Source: Candidatus Saccharimonadia bacterium (lineage in GTDB: Bacteria > Patescibacteriota > SICC01). Taken from it: a stretch of DNA of 64,000 bases. Positions 37,489 to 47,352 of this stretch are shown here, one piece after another. How positions within the stretch are numbered: the first letter of the stretch is position 1; each line of letters opens with the position of its first letter. The notes beneath the pieces are model-generated. The model had not been told where the DNA came from, did not search any database, and was given only the letters and a program-made list of their open reading frames with translations. Both the position numbers and the translations under genes were made by a program. The stretch spans positions 549,136-613,135 of the forward strand of contig JANWJF010000001.1 of assembly GCA_025449535.1 (NCBI GenBank). Direction: 5' to 3'.

Positions 37489-37530
37489 ATGTTCGTTTCG
37501 TGCTCAGTATCCTTTCCGAAAAATTAGCTT

Positions 37531-37559
37531 AATATAGCAAAAAAATAGCACCTTGTCAA
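37531..37559 (-). promoter_or_regulatory. sigma70 consensus-like promoter TTGACA-N17-TATATT driving the 908-aa M23 gene
   Basis: Minus strand reads cTTGACAaggtgctatttttttgcTATATTaag, about 40 nt upstream of the ATG at 37488. Confidence 0.6.
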
Positions 37560-37940
37560 GTCCTTTAAGCTTGGTTGAGCTATTTTTTGATCACAACAAA
37601 CAGAGCCCCAGCGATTCGCTGGAGCCCTGTATCCCTCTCGGGGTTTTTGTTGACGGTACCCGGGTACCGATGAATTCTCACGGACGGCTTTTTGCCGCCA
37701 GCGATTTTTGTTTTCACTTCCTAGTGTACCTTGCCGGATTCAGGCAAAGGGCTTTTCGGGAAAAGTAAAATTGTCTTGGTTAAGGTAAAAAAGCATTTAC
37801 CGAACAAGGCTATTCCGGGTCCGACTGGGGAAAATCCCCTTCCTTCGGAAATAAAAAGCCATGTCAAGCGGTGTCCGGTGGCGGTCAGGAATATCTAGTG
37901 CACGCTTGCTTAGACCCTATTCCGAACGCGTACACTGGAA

Positions 37941-39011
37941 GTGATGGCAATCCTGACGTACGCCTTCCTGCTTACCTTCGCCGCCGCCGCGGCGCTCACG
38001 CCGTGGGTCGGACGGTTCGCGCTCAAATCCGGGATCGTCGACCATCCGGGCGGCCGGCGGATTCACCGGAAGGTGACGCCGCGCCTCGGCGGGGCGGCGG
38101 TGATGGCGGCGTTCTTCATCGGGTTCCTGGTCTTCCTGCCGCAGTTGTCCCCGAACTTCCGCCCCGGGCAGCTACTGATCTTCTCACTGACCGCCCTCTT
38201 CCTGTTGGCGGTCGGGTTCGTCGACGACAAGCGCGGCTTGCCGCCCGCGGTGCAGCTGCTGAGCCACGCCGTGGCCGGCGTCTCGTTGGCCGCCGCCGGG
38301 ATGGCGATCGAGGAGGTGACCAACCCGTTTGGCGGGAAGGTCGCGTTGGACCAGCTCCAAGTCGCGATGCCGTTCGACGCCGGAGGGCGGATGCTGAACC
38401 TGCCGGCGGACCTGATCACCGTGGTCTGGGTGGTACTGGTGATCAACGCCGTGAACTGGCTGGACGGCTTGGACGGCCTGGCGGCCGGAGTCGGCGGAAT
38501 CGCGGCGGTCACCGTCGCGTTGCTCTCGCTATCGGCCGTCGTGGGCCAGCCGCACGTCGCACTGCTGGCATTGCTCCTGGCGGGGAGCATCGGCGGGTTC
38601 CTGGTCTATAACTTCCATCCGGCGAAGATATTCCTGGGGACGGTCGGTTCGACGTTCATCGGCTACGTTCTGGCGACGCTGGCGGTGATCTCCGGTGGCA
38701 AGATCGCGACGGCGTTCCTGGTGCTCGGCTTTCCGATCCTGGACGCGACCACGATCATCCTGCGCCGGATCGCCACCGGCGCCCCGCCATGGAAGCCGGA
38801 CACGCGGCACCTCCACCACCTGTTGCTGAAGCGCGGCTTCTCCGTCCGCAAGACGGTCCTGTTCCTGTACGGCGTCTCGGCCGTCTTTGGCCTGACGGCG
38901 CTGATCGCCGGGACTACCGGCCGCAAGGTATTGATGGCGGCGGTACTCGCCGTGATGCTGGCCGCTTTGCTGGTCTGGCTGGCCCGGCCGGTCGCCAAGT
39001 CTGCAAAGTAA
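37941..39011 (+). CDS. glycosyltransferase family 4 polyprenyl-phosphate N-acetylhexosamine-1-phosphate transferase (WecA/TagO/MraY family)
   Basis: Multi-TM. The family motifs are …VDDKRGL… and INAVNWLDGLDGLAAG. Confidence 0.8.
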   Translation: MMAILTYAFLLTFAAAAALTPWVGRFALKSGIVDHPGGRRIHRKVTPRLGGAAVMAAFFIGFLVFLPQLSPNFRPGQLLIFSLTALFLLAVGFVDDKRGLPPAVQLLSHAVAGVSLAAAGMAIEEVTNPFGGKVALDQLQVAMPFDAGGRMLNLPADLITVVWVVLVINAVNWLDGLDGLAAGVGGIAAVTVALLSLSAVVGQPHVALLALLLAGSIGGFLVYNFHPAKIFLGTVGSTFIGYVLATLAVISGGKIATAFLVLGFPILDATTIILRRIATGAPPWKPDTRHLHHLLLKRGFSVRKTVLFLYGVSAVFGLTALIAGTTGRKVLMAAVLAVMLAALLVWLARPVAKSAK

Positions 39012-39083
39012 ATCAGACCATATATGAATAGGGCCCGCTCCGTGCGCTATGCGCGTTGGGGCGGGCCCTAGCCCTGACGGATG

Positions 39084-39395
39084 TCAGAAGATGCTGCTCA
39101 GCAGGTAGTAGCCGACGAGAAAGCATCCGGTTCCGGCGACAACGACGGCGAAGAAAATCGCGAACACCTTCGTCGACTCTTCTTCCAGCTGGAGGCCGCG
39201 GTCGACTCTCCATAGGAATACCGAGACCAGGGCGATTCCCAGCAGTAGGCTGACGAAGCCGAGCATTTCCAGTCCGGCGCCGTACAGGAGGCCGCAGAGG
39301 AGCATCAGTACCAGCGCCGCGGGCGCGGCCACGGCACCGAGTGCCCCTAGGGCTGTGGACGGCCTCGCCGAAGCGGGTTCCGCGTTCGCGGGCAT
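39084..39395 (-). CDS. small membrane protein (hypothetical)
   Basis: 103 aa with three hydrophobic segments. Confidence 0.5.
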   Translation of the reverse strand: MPANAEPASARPSTALGALGAVAAPAALVLMLLCGLLYGAGLEMLGFVSLLLGIALVSVFLWRVDRGLQLEEESTKVFAIFFAVVVAGTGCFLVGYYLLSSIF

Positions 39396-39527
39396 GACAT
39401 ACCTCCAGGTTCGAAAGGGCGATTGGTAAATCCCATAGTAGAGACAAAAAGATGTACCAGCAAGCGTTTTGCTATCGATGGACGGCCGTGGCGCCAGGGC
39501 CGGGTCTCACGGTAAGCTAAGGACCGT

Positions 39528-39752
39528 ATGGCCAAGAAGGACAGCAAGGACATCAGCGCCGGCAAAGGCCTCTGGATGGGACTCCTCATCCTCGGGCAGG
39601 TGACGGCGATCCTGGTGATCACCGCGATCGCCGGGTACGTGCTCGACCTGACGTTCGACACGGCGCCGTTCGCGCTGGCCGGCAGCGTGATCGTCGGCGG
39701 CATCGGCGCGACCCTTATCGTCCTGAAGGAAGTAGCGAGGATCAGCAAGTAA
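39528..39752 (+). CDS. AtpZ/AtpI-like small membrane protein preceding the atp operon
   Basis: 74 aa and two TM helices, immediately upstream of atpB. Its stop overlaps atpB (taATGg). Confidence 0.55.
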   Translation: MAKKDSKDISAGKGLWMGLLILGQVTAILVITAIAGYVLDLTFDTAPFALAGSVIVGGIGATLIVLKEVARISK

Positions 39753-40546
39753 TGGCTGCCGAGCTCCACACGCCGCCGCTCGGTCCGGAGCATCTCTTCG
39801 AGGTCGCGGGCATCCCGATCACCAACGGGATCCTCGGTACCTGGGTGGCGATGGCGCTGCTGATCCTGTTCCTGCTGGTCGCGACCCGAAAACTCCGGGC
39901 AGTACCGAAGGGCAGCCAGAACATGCTCGAGATGATCGTCGAGCAGCTGACCGGCATTGTGAACACGGTGATGGAAGACGAAGACAAGACCCGAAAATAC
40001 CTGCCGTTGATCCTGACGATCTTCCTCTTCGTGCTGTTCCTGAACTGGGCGGCGCTGCTGCCGGGCTTCGGCACGATCCTGTTCGACACGGGACACGGCC
40101 ACGAGGCCTCGCTCTTGCGGGCGGGCTCGACCGACCTCAACCTCACCTTCGCGATGGCCGGCGTGGCGTTCCTGGTCGTCCAGGCCACCGGCCTGGTGGT
40201 GGTCGGCATCTTCAAGTACCTCAGCAAGTTCGTGCACGTGCACAGCGCGTTCCACCGTCCGTTCAAGATCAGGAACGTCCTGATGACCATCCCGAACTTC
40301 CTGCTCGGCCTCACTGAGCTGATCTCCGAGGTCGCGAAGTTCATCGCGCTGAGCTTCCGGCTCTACGGCAACATCTACGCCGGCGAGGTCCTGCTGGTCG
40401 TGTTCGGGACGCTGTTGCCCGTCTTCGTGCCGTTGTCCGGCCCGTTCTACCTGCTGGAGGTCTTCGTCGGCCTGATTCAGGCGTTCGTGTTTGCTATGCT
40501 GACTATTGTGTTCATCAAGATCGCGTCGCTGAATACGGAACACTGA
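39752..40546 (+). CDS. atpB: F0F1 ATP synthase subunit a
   Basis: …LSFRLYGNIYAGEVLL… contains the conserved Arg of subunit a. Confidence 0.9.
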   Translation: MAAELHTPPLGPEHLFEVAGIPITNGILGTWVAMALLILFLLVATRKLRAVPKGSQNMLEMIVEQLTGIVNTVMEDEDKTRKYLPLILTIFLFVLFLNWAALLPGFGTILFDTGHGHEASLLRAGSTDLNLTFAMAGVAFLVVQATGLVVVGIFKYLSKFVHVHSAFHRPFKIRNVLMTIPNFLLGLTELISEVAKFIALSFRLYGNIYAGEVLLVVFGTLLPVFVPLSGPFYLLEVFVGLIQAFVFAMLTIVFIKIASLNTEH

Positions 40547-40566
40547 CCCGCGACGCGCATATATAA

Positions 40567-40809
<243 letters not shown>

Positions 40810-40818
40810 GAGATTCGT

Positions 40819-41331
40819 ATGGAGATCCTCGAACGATTCGGCATCGAGGGTAAGCTGTTGCTTGTCCAACTGATCAACTTCGCGATCCTGCTCGTGATCG
40901 TTTGGAAGTTCATCCTGCCCCGGCTGACCAAACTGATGCGCGACCGGGAACAGAAGGTCGCCGACTCACTGAAGCAGGCGGAGCAGGCTCGTAAGGAAGC
41001 AGAGGAGCTTCAGGCGCAGCAGGCCAAGGACCGCGAGGCCGCCCGAGCCGAGGCCGAGCGGATCCTCGCTGAGGCCAAGGAAGCGGCCCACGAGTCCAAG
41101 GAGCAGGTCATGGCGGAGGCCCGGAAGGAAGCGTCCGCGCTCCGTGAGCGGACCGAGGAAGCGCTGGCCCAGGAGCGCGAGTCGCTACGGACGGAACTCC
41201 GCGCGGAACTGGCCGGCCTGACCGTCGAGACCACCCGGAAGATCCTGACCGATGTCGTGAAGCCGGCGGACCGCAAGCGCCTGGTCCAGGCCGCGGAGAA
41301 GCACCTCGCCAAGGAGAAGAAGCGTGGCTGA
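40819..41331 (+). CDS. atpF: F0F1 ATP synthase subunit b
   Basis: N-terminal TM helix, then a charged coiled-coil (KEAEELQAQQAKDREAARAEAERIL). Confidence 0.85.
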   Translation: MEILERFGIEGKLLLVQLINFAILLVIVWKFILPRLTKLMRDREQKVADSLKQAEQARKEAEELQAQQAKDREAARAEAERILAEAKEAAHESKEQVMAEARKEASALRERTEEALAQERESLRTELRAELAGLTVETTRKILTDVVKPADRKRLVQAAEKHLAKEKKRG

Positions 41332-41845
41332 CCTCGGACCGTACGCGGACGCGCTGGCGACCGTCGCCACGGACCAGGCCGCGGCGTGGCGGGAACTGGC
41401 GGCGTTGTCCGAGGCCGTCTCCCGTGAGCCCGAGCTCAAGCGGGGCCTGATCGACGCGGCCGCCCGGCGGGAGCCGGCCCGCGGCAAACGCCTGGCGAAA
41501 CTGCTGAAGCCGGTGAGCGCGCCGGTCGCCAAGCTGGTGGCACTGCTCCTGGCGGAGGGCGCGATCGACCGCCTGTCCGAGCTCGTCGACGTCCTGGCCC
41601 GGAGGCTGTCCAAACGGGGCTACGTCCGGGTGCACCTGGAATCGGCGGACCCGCTGCCCGATACTGAAGTACGTACCGTACTCCGTGCGCTGAAGGTCGC
41701 GCCGGCGAAAGCGCTGGTGACCTCCGAGACGGATCCCTCGTTGATCGCCGGCATCCGGGCCGCCGTGGACGGACAGGTACGTGACGCGACGCTGGGCGGC
41801 CGGCTCGACCGGGTCGCCGAAGCGCTGACGGGAGCGAACGCATAA
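41324..41845 (+). CDS. atpH: F0F1 ATP synthase subunit delta (OSCP)
   Basis: Assigned by position between atpF and atpA, and by its 173-aa helical OSCP-like sequence. Confidence 0.8.
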   Translation: MADLGPYADALATVATDQAAAWRELAALSEAVSREPELKRGLIDAAARREPARGKRLAKLLKPVSAPVAKLVALLLAEGAIDRLSELVDVLARRLSKRGYVRVHLESADPLPDTEVRTVLRALKVAPAKALVTSETDPSLIAGIRAAVDGQVRDATLGGRLDRVAEALTGANA

Positions 41846-41850
41846 CCATC

Positions 41851-43350
41851 ATGGCCAAGACAACCGAACAGATCGTCGAATCGCTGAAGACCGCCGTCGG
41901 ACGGGCCAAGGTCGGCTCGGAGCTGGCAGACACCGGCCGGATCATCACCGTCGGCGACGGCATCGCCATCGTCTCCGGGCTGTCCGGCGTCCAAGCCGCC
42001 GAGAAGCTGGCGTTCCCGGGCGGACGGTCCGGCATGGCCCTGAACCTCGAGGAAGGTACCGTCGGCGTGGTCCTGCTGGACGGCGCGGCCGGCCTCTCCG
42101 AAGGCGACGAGGTCCGGCGCACCGGCGAGGTCATGAACGTGCCGGTCGGCGAGGAACTCGTCGGTCGCGTGGTCAACGCACTCGGCGAGCCGATCGACGG
42201 CAAAGGGCCGGTCAAGACGAAGCAACGCGAGCCGGTCGAGAAGATCGCGCCGGGCGTGATCAGCCGGAAGTCCGTCGGCGAACCGCTGCACACCGGCATC
42301 AAGGCCATCGACGCGATGGTGCCGATCGGCCGCGGCCAACGGGAGCTGATCATCGGCGACCGCCAATCCGGCAAGACGACCATCGCCGTCGACACCATCC
42401 TGAACCAGGAGGACGTGATCTCGATCTACGTCGCCGTGGGTCAGAAGGAGTCGAAGGTCCGGCGTCTAGTGGCGACCCTGGAGAAGGGCGGCGCGATGAA
42501 GCGCTCGATCATCGTCGTGGCTTCCGCGACGGACCCGGCGGCCCAGCAGTACCTGGCGCCGTACGCCGGCGCGACCATGGGCGAATACTTCCGTGACAAC
42601 GGCAAGGACGCCTTGATCGTCTTCGACGACCTCTCCAAGCACGCCTCGGCCTACCGCGAGCTCTCGCTCCTGCTCCGCCGCCCGTCCGGTCGCGAGGCCT
42701 ACCCGGGCGACGTCTTCTACCTGCACTCGCGGTTACTGGAACGCGCGGCCAGGCTTGAAGACAAGCACGGGGGCGGCTCGCTGACCGCCCTGCCGGTGAT
42801 CGAGACCCAGGCCGGCGGTCTCGACGCGTACATCCCGACCAACGTGATCTCGATTACGGACGGCCAGATCTACCTGGAGACGGATCTCTTCTATCAGGGC
42901 ATCCGTCCGGCGATCAACGTCGGCAACTCGGTCTCCCGGGTCGGCGGCAGCGCCCAGAACAAGGGCATGAAGTCGGTGGCCGGCACGCTCCGCCTGGAGC
43001 TGGCGCAGTACCGCGAACTGGCGGCCTTCGCCCAGTTCGGTTCCGACCTGGACGAGGCGACCCAGAAGAAGCTGGAGCGCGGCAAGCGGCTCACCGAGAT
43101 GCTGAAGCAGCCGCAGAACCAGCCGCTGTCGGAATGGGCCGAGGTCGCGGCGATCTACGCCGTCACCAGCGGCGGGTTGGACGACGTCGCGCCGGAGCAG
43201 GTCGGCGCGTTCGAGGCGGCGCTGCGGAAGCAGCTCGAGACCAAGGAGAAGAAGTTGGTCGAAGAGATGCGCAAGGACCCGAAGCTGCCGGACGCGCAGA
43301 AGAAACGGTTGGATTCGATCATCGCCTCGGTCAAGAAGAAGCTGAAATGA
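41851..43350 (+). CDS. atpA: F0F1 ATP synthase subunit alpha
   Basis: Walker A GDRQSGKT and the alpha-subunit signature …[42 protein letters not shown]. Confidence 0.95.
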   Translation: MAKTTEQIVESLKTAVGRAKVGSELADTGRIITVGDGIAIVSGLSGVQAAEKLAFPGGRSGMALNLEEGTVGVVLLDGAAGLSEGDEVRRTGEVMNVPVGEELVGRVVNALGEPIDGKGPVKTKQREPVEKIAPGVISRKSVGEPLHTGIKAIDAMVPIGRGQRELIIGDRQSGKTTIAVDTILNQEDVISIYVAVGQKESKVRRLVATLEKGGAMKRSIIVVASATDPAAQQYLAPYAGATMGEYFRDNGKDALIVFDDLSKHASAYRELSLLLRRPSGREAYPGDVFYLHSRLLERAARLEDKHGGGSLTALPVIETQAGGLDAYIPTNVISITDGQIYLETDLFYQGIRPAINVGNSVSRVGGSAQNKGMKSVAGTLRLELAQYRELAAFAQFGSDLDEATQKKLERGKRLTEMLKQPQNQPLSEWAEVAAIYAVTSGGLDDVAPEQVGAFEAALRKQLETKEKKLVEEMRKDPKLPDAQKKRLDSIIASVKKKLK

Positions 43351-43859
43351 CCCCGAAGACGACCCTGTACCTGGCGATTACCGTCAACGGGATGATCGCC
43401 AAGCAGAACGGCCACGTCGACCATGTGTCCAAGCAGTCGTTTGCCGGCTACCGCCGGATGATCAAACGGGCCGGTAATGTTGTCGTCGGCCGGCGAACCT
43501 ATGAAGACATGCTCGAAGGCGGTGATCTCAAAGGTTTGCATGTAGAGGCCTGTGTAGTCAGTCGGAAACGGTTCACGGCCAAAGAGCCGTTCCACGCCGT
43601 GACCTCTCCGCACCGCGCCCTGGCTTGGTTGGCCAAGCAAGGACAGACGAACGTGTTGGTGACCGGCGGTGCGCATATCGCGGCTTCGTTCATGAAAGCC
43701 GGGTTGGTCGATGAACTATACGTCGATGTGGAACCGACCGCGCTCGGCAGCGGCGTGAACCTGTTTGAAGGCAAGGACTTTGAGGTCAAGCTCAAGTTGC
43801 TCGGCACCAAGAAGCTCTCGCGGGACGAGGTGCAACTGCGTTATAAAGTGGTGAAGTAA
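43347..43859 (+). CDS. dihydrofolate-reductase-like (RibD C-terminal domain) protein inserted between atpA and atpG
   Basis: [18 protein letters not shown]…VVGRRTYE…[25 protein letters not shown] is the RibD_C/DHFR-like pattern. The ATG overlaps the atpA stop and the stop overlaps the atpG ATG. Confidence 0.7.
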   Translation: MTPKTTLYLAITVNGMIAKQNGHVDHVSKQSFAGYRRMIKRAGNVVVGRRTYEDMLEGGDLKGLHVEACVVSRKRFTAKEPFHAVTSPHRALAWLAKQGQTNVLVTGGAHIAASFMKAGLVDELYVDVEPTALGSGVNLFEGKDFEVKLKLLGTKKLSRDEVQLRYKVVK

Positions 43860-44710
43860 TGGCTTCCACGCGCGACATCAAACGGCGGCTGTCCTCGATC
43901 GACAACACCCGGCAGATCACCCGGGCGATGGAGATGGTGGCGGCCACCAAGATGCGCAAGGCCCAGGCGGCCGTCCGAGCCGGCCGGGAGTACGGCGAGC
44001 GGGCGCAGGAACTCCTGAACGCAGTGTCCGCCGAAGCCGACGGGCGGGAACAGCCGCTGCTGGCCCGCCGACCGATCAAGCGGACGGGCGTGGTGCTGGT
44101 CACCTCCGACCGGGGCCTCGCCGGAGCGATGAACACGAACGTCCTGAAGGCCGGTTTGGGAGCGGCGAAAGGCGGTCAAAGCACGTTCGTCCCGGTAGGA
44201 CGCAAGGCCGAGCAGGCGCTCTCTGCACGCAAGCTGCCGATGACCGCCGCCTTCAGCGGATTGCTGGACACCCCGGAGTACCAGGAGGTCCTGCCGATCG
44301 CGGAGATCCTGATCAACGACTTCACCGAGGGAAAGCTGGACGCGATCGACCTGGTCTATCCACGGTTCGTTTCCACACTGAGGAACGAACCGGTCGTCGA
44401 ACGGCTCCTGCCGGCGACGCTGCCGGAGAAGAAGGAAGGCGGACAATCGGCCCGCGCCTTGCTCAACTTCGAGCCGAGCCCGGAGGAAGTGCTCACCGCG
44501 CTGCTGCCGCGGTTGATCGAGATCCGGCTGTTCACGGCGCTGCTCGAGACCAAGGCCTCCGAGCATTCCGCGCGGATGATCGCGATGCGGAACGCCACCG
44601 GGAACGCCGAGGACCTGCTGGACGCGCTCAAGCTCAGCTATAACCAGGCCCGGCAGCAGGCGATCACCACCGAGATCGCCGAGATTTCGGCTGCGAGCGC
44701 CACGAAGTAG
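43859..44710 (+). CDS. atpG: F0F1 ATP synthase subunit gamma
   Basis: [36 protein letters not shown] is the gamma N-terminus. The C-terminus is …ITTEIAEISAASATK. Confidence 0.9.
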   Translation: MASTRDIKRRLSSIDNTRQITRAMEMVAATKMRKAQAAVRAGREYGERAQELLNAVSAEADGREQPLLARRPIKRTGVVLVTSDRGLAGAMNTNVLKAGLGAAKGGQSTFVPVGRKAEQALSARKLPMTAAFSGLLDTPEYQEVLPIAEILINDFTEGKLDAIDLVYPRFVSTLRNEPVVERLLPATLPEKKEGGQSARALLNFEPSPEEVLTALLPRLIEIRLFTALLETKASEHSARMIAMRNATGNAEDLLDALKLSYNQARQQAITTEIAEISAASATK

Positions 44711-45232
44711 CTACTTGGGAACCCGAAAGTCTTCAAGGTCGATGATTTCGAATTGGTTTTCTTTCGAATCCCAAATACCAAAACTGGGCTGGCCACTTCC
44801 GGTCCCGGCAATCTCTCCTGGGTTTGCCAGTAGCGTCCCGTTTTCGAGCGTTTCCGTATGTTTGGCATGATCATGTCCATAAAAACTGGCACGGTACTTT
44901 CCGGAAGCTGCCGCGTTCCTGGCCAGTAACGGGAAATGGGTTAGGAAAATCAGACCATCCGGTGTTTCTAGCTCCCGAAATTGGTCAGCAACAATGGAAA
45001 AGTTCTTTGCTGAGCCGAATCTGAGCAGCATTCCCGCTTGCATACCGTCGACGTTGCCCCAGACACATATCCAGTTGATATCCTTGTGCTTGATCATTGC
45101 TTCGACAATGCCACCTGCACAGAAGTCGCCGAGATGAAAGCAGGTTGTAATGCCCTTTTCTCTCATTCCCCGGATAGCCTCTTCTAGGTTGTAGAAATTG
45201 TCGTGGGAATCGGAAATGACACCGTATTGCAT
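44711..45232 (-). CDS. YfcE-like metallophosphoesterase (calcineurin-like)
   Basis: Metallophosphoesterase motifs DSHDN and GDFC…GNVD…GHDH. GC is lower than the flanks. Confidence 0.75.
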   Translation of the reverse strand: MQYGVISDSHDNFYNLEEAIRGMREKGITTCFHLGDFCAGGIVEAMIKHKDINWICVWGNVDGMQAGMLLRFGSAKNFSIVADQFRELETPDGLIFLTHFPLLARNAAASGKYRASFYGHDHAKHTETLENGTLLANPGEIAGTGSGQPSFGIWDSKENQFEIIDLEDFRVPK

Positions 45233-45333
45233 ATCATCCTAACTATAGTGCAAGCCTTCTTGACGCACCTTATCTGCGGGGTACGATAGGCACGTGAGGG
45301 AGCAAATCGCTTGCTCATTCAGACAAAAAAGCA

Positions 45334-45720
45334 TTGACGGAAAGTCCTTTCTACGCTACAATGCCTCAACCTGAAGAACCCATGAACAGCTTTCAACTCC
45401 AGGAACTGATCAAGAACGTGCAGACGATGATGCGCTGTCCGAGCTGTGGCGCGAATTATTCCGAGGGTCATATCCACTTCCTGGGCCAGCTCGACATGGC
45501 CGCGCTGATCCAGCTCGATTGCGAGAGCTGCGGGTTGCCGGTGATGGCCACGATCGTGGTCTCCGGCAAGGAACAGACGCCGAAGCTGCTTTCCGACGTG
45601 AGCAAGGAAGACCTCAAGGGCAGGCACGCCAAGGAACCCGTCACTTCCGACCACGTAGTCGATGCCCACCAATTCCTGAAGGAATTCGACGGGAACTTCG
45701 AGAAAATCTTCAAGGCGTAA
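45334..45720 (+). CDS. Zn-ribbon (CxxC…CxxC) hypothetical protein
   Basis: CPSCG…H.H…CESCG pattern. The start is uncertain (ATG 45334 or MNSF at 45382). Confidence 0.5.
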   Translation: MTESPFYATMPQPEEPMNSFQLQELIKNVQTMMRCPSCGANYSEGHIHFLGQLDMAALIQLDCESCGLPVMATIVVSGKEQTPKLLSDVSKEDLKGRHAKEPVTSDHVVDAHQFLKEFDGNFEKIFKA

Positions 45721-45789
45721 AATCTACAGCAGGAACGGTCCCTAAGCCTTGACTAAAAGGCAAAATTCTGCTATGTTACGCCATTAATC

Positions 45790-46110
45790 ATGGGTGATTC
45801 GGAAAAAGCAGAACCTGCGGGGCTAGCCCCTCACGTAGCCGGCGAGACCGGCGAGGATCCGGTCGAAGCCGTGCTCCGGGGAGAGGAGCGCGACTTGGCG
45901 CTCGAAACGGTGCTGCGTATGCACGAGGAAGGCGCCCTGGATGACCGCCAACTGGCAGTACTTGAAGCCCGGTTCAGGGACGAAAAAGGGTACGAGGAAA
46001 TCGGCAGCAAACTCGGTCTGACCGGACCGACGGTTAGTCAGATAGAGCAGGGCGCGCTGAGCAAAGTCGGCGCCGTGCTTCGGCATACCGGCTACTTTGA
46101 TTCACATTAA
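45790..46110 (+). CDS. sigma-70 region-4-only HTH protein
   Basis: YEEIGSKLGLTGPTVSQIEQGALSKV matches the sigma-70 region 4 / LuxR-type HTH. The protein is only 106 aa and has no region 2. Confidence 0.55.
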   Translation: MGDSEKAEPAGLAPHVAGETGEDPVEAVLRGEERDLALETVLRMHEEGALDDRQLAVLEARFRDEKGYEEIGSKLGLTGPTVSQIEQGALSKVGAVLRHTGYFDSH

Positions 46111-46164
46111 GTCCGTAGGCACGATTCGCTGACCGTGGTGCCGCTTTTACGGTACCGTAAAGGT

Positions 46165-47250
46165 ATGTCCGAATCGGCACAATCCGAAGAGAAACGGATC
46201 GCGGTCTTTGGCGCTGGATTTACCAGCGCAGTAGCGGCGCGGATTATCAATCATCATCCAGAGCTTAGGCTTGCCGTGGTAACCAGCCGTAGCCATGCGG
46301 GTGGTCGGTTTGATTGGATGTCCCAAGATTGGGCTGTTCCGCTGCGTGGGGTGCCGGTCAACTTGGAGCATCCGTCGAATGTACTCGAGGATCCGGAAAG
46401 CTGGCGTCTGGATGGCGCGCTCGTGACCTACGCGGGCGCCGAGAGCATCGAAGCAGTGGCAAGTCTACGGGAAGTAGACGTGCCGGTAGTCCACCTGGGC
46501 GGCGATTTTCGGCTACGTGATCCGGAAGTGCGCCGCGAGCAGTACGGGAGCAATCCGGAAGTGGACGAACTGCTCGCTAATGGAAGCGTTGCCTACGGGC
46601 TCACAGAACTATATCGGGCTGAGATCGATCAGGCGGAGATAGTTGCGAATCCCGGCTGCTACCCGGACGCGTCCGTTCTTGGTCTCGCTCCGCTGGCGCG
46701 CGAGGGACTAATTGAGTCCGTGCACATCGAGGCATACTCCGGAACCTCGGGCGGTGGGATCGAGAAAGCCGCGGAGTACCGGTCCGCGAGCGAAGACATC
46801 ATCAAGTATGGAGAAAACGGCCATCGGCACGTGCCGGAGATCGAACAAGAACTGGCTGCGCTTGGTTCTGCCTGTACGGTCGAGTTCCGACCGCATGCCA
46901 TCAAGGATGTCTTCCAGGGAATGAGCGTCAGTTGCACCGTGACCTTGAATCGTGACGCATTTCCGGACGAGATCGAAGCGCTTTACCGGGATGCATATCG
47001 GGATGAGCCATTCGTCGAAGTGGTTAGTGGCCCGAGTCCGGTCACCATGGATAACGTTCGGGAAACGAATCTCTGTCGCATGTACGTGGCTCCGCTGCAA
47101 GCCGGGGAAGGTACCAAGTTCTCGGTCAAGGTCGTGATCGACAACCTCTGGAAAGGCGCTTCCGGCCAGGCGGTCCAGAACCTCAACCGTATGCTCGGCT
47201 TGCCGGAAGAAACCGGTTTAGAATTCTCGCTCATGTCATCCCGAACGTAG
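46165..47250 (+). CDS. argC: N-acetyl-gamma-glutamyl-phosphate reductase family (ArgC/LysY-type semialdehyde dehydrogenase)
   Basis: Rossmann N-terminus IAVFGAGFTSAVAARII and the catalytic-Cys motif VANPGCYP. ArgC versus LysY cannot be resolved from the sequence. Confidence 0.7.
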   Translation: MSESAQSEEKRIAVFGAGFTSAVAARIINHHPELRLAVVTSRSHAGGRFDWMSQDWAVPLRGVPVNLEHPSNVLEDPESWRLDGALVTYAGAESIEAVASLREVDVPVVHLGGDFRLRDPEVRREQYGSNPEVDELLANGSVAYGLTELYRAEIDQAEIVANPGCYPDASVLGLAPLAREGLIESVHIEAYSGTSGGGIEKAAEYRSASEDIIKYGENGHRHVPEIEQELAALGSACTVEFRPHAIKDVFQGMSVSCTVTLNRDAFPDEIEALYRDAYRDEPFVEVVSGPSPVTMDNVRETNLCRMYVAPLQAGEGTKFSVKVVIDNLWKGASGQAVQNLNRMLGLPEETGLEFSLMSSRT

Positions 47251-47352
47251 TAAGGGATCTGTAAGGTCAGTGATTTCTCAGATTCCTCGCGTTGCTCGGA
47301 ATGACAAGGTGACTGGAGCGAATCGTCAGATAACGCTATCATTGACTGACGT

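Noticed and set aside
30562-37527. Multiple long antisense ORFs (e.g. 31129-31701 -, 32465-33904 +, 34813-35613 +, 36034-37527 +) across the GT2 and M23 genes
   Set aside because: Each overlaps a gene with strong motifs (QxxRW; M23 HxxxD/HxH and repeats), and all have Arg/Gly/Pro-rich composition.
37655-37668. GGTACCCGGGTACC (KpnI-SmaI-KpnI-like) plus nearby GAATTC as cloning-vector polylinker contamination
   Set aside because: The flanks are native-looking AT-rich intergenic sequence containing the M23 promoter. No other vector-like sequence (lacZ, ori, bla) is present, so it was kept as a native palindrome with a caution.
37560-37900. Known structured RNAs (SRP RNA, RNase P RNA, tmRNA, 6S) in the AT-rich intergenic region
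   Set aside because: No conserved signature motifs were found (SRP AGGUCAGG…GAAGCAGCCA, tmRNA tag/acceptor, RNase P P4 strands). Only generic hairpins are present.
41436-42398. 320-aa and 248-aa minus-strand ORFs antisense to atpH/atpA
   Set aside because: atpA on the plus strand is unambiguous (Walker A, alpha signature).
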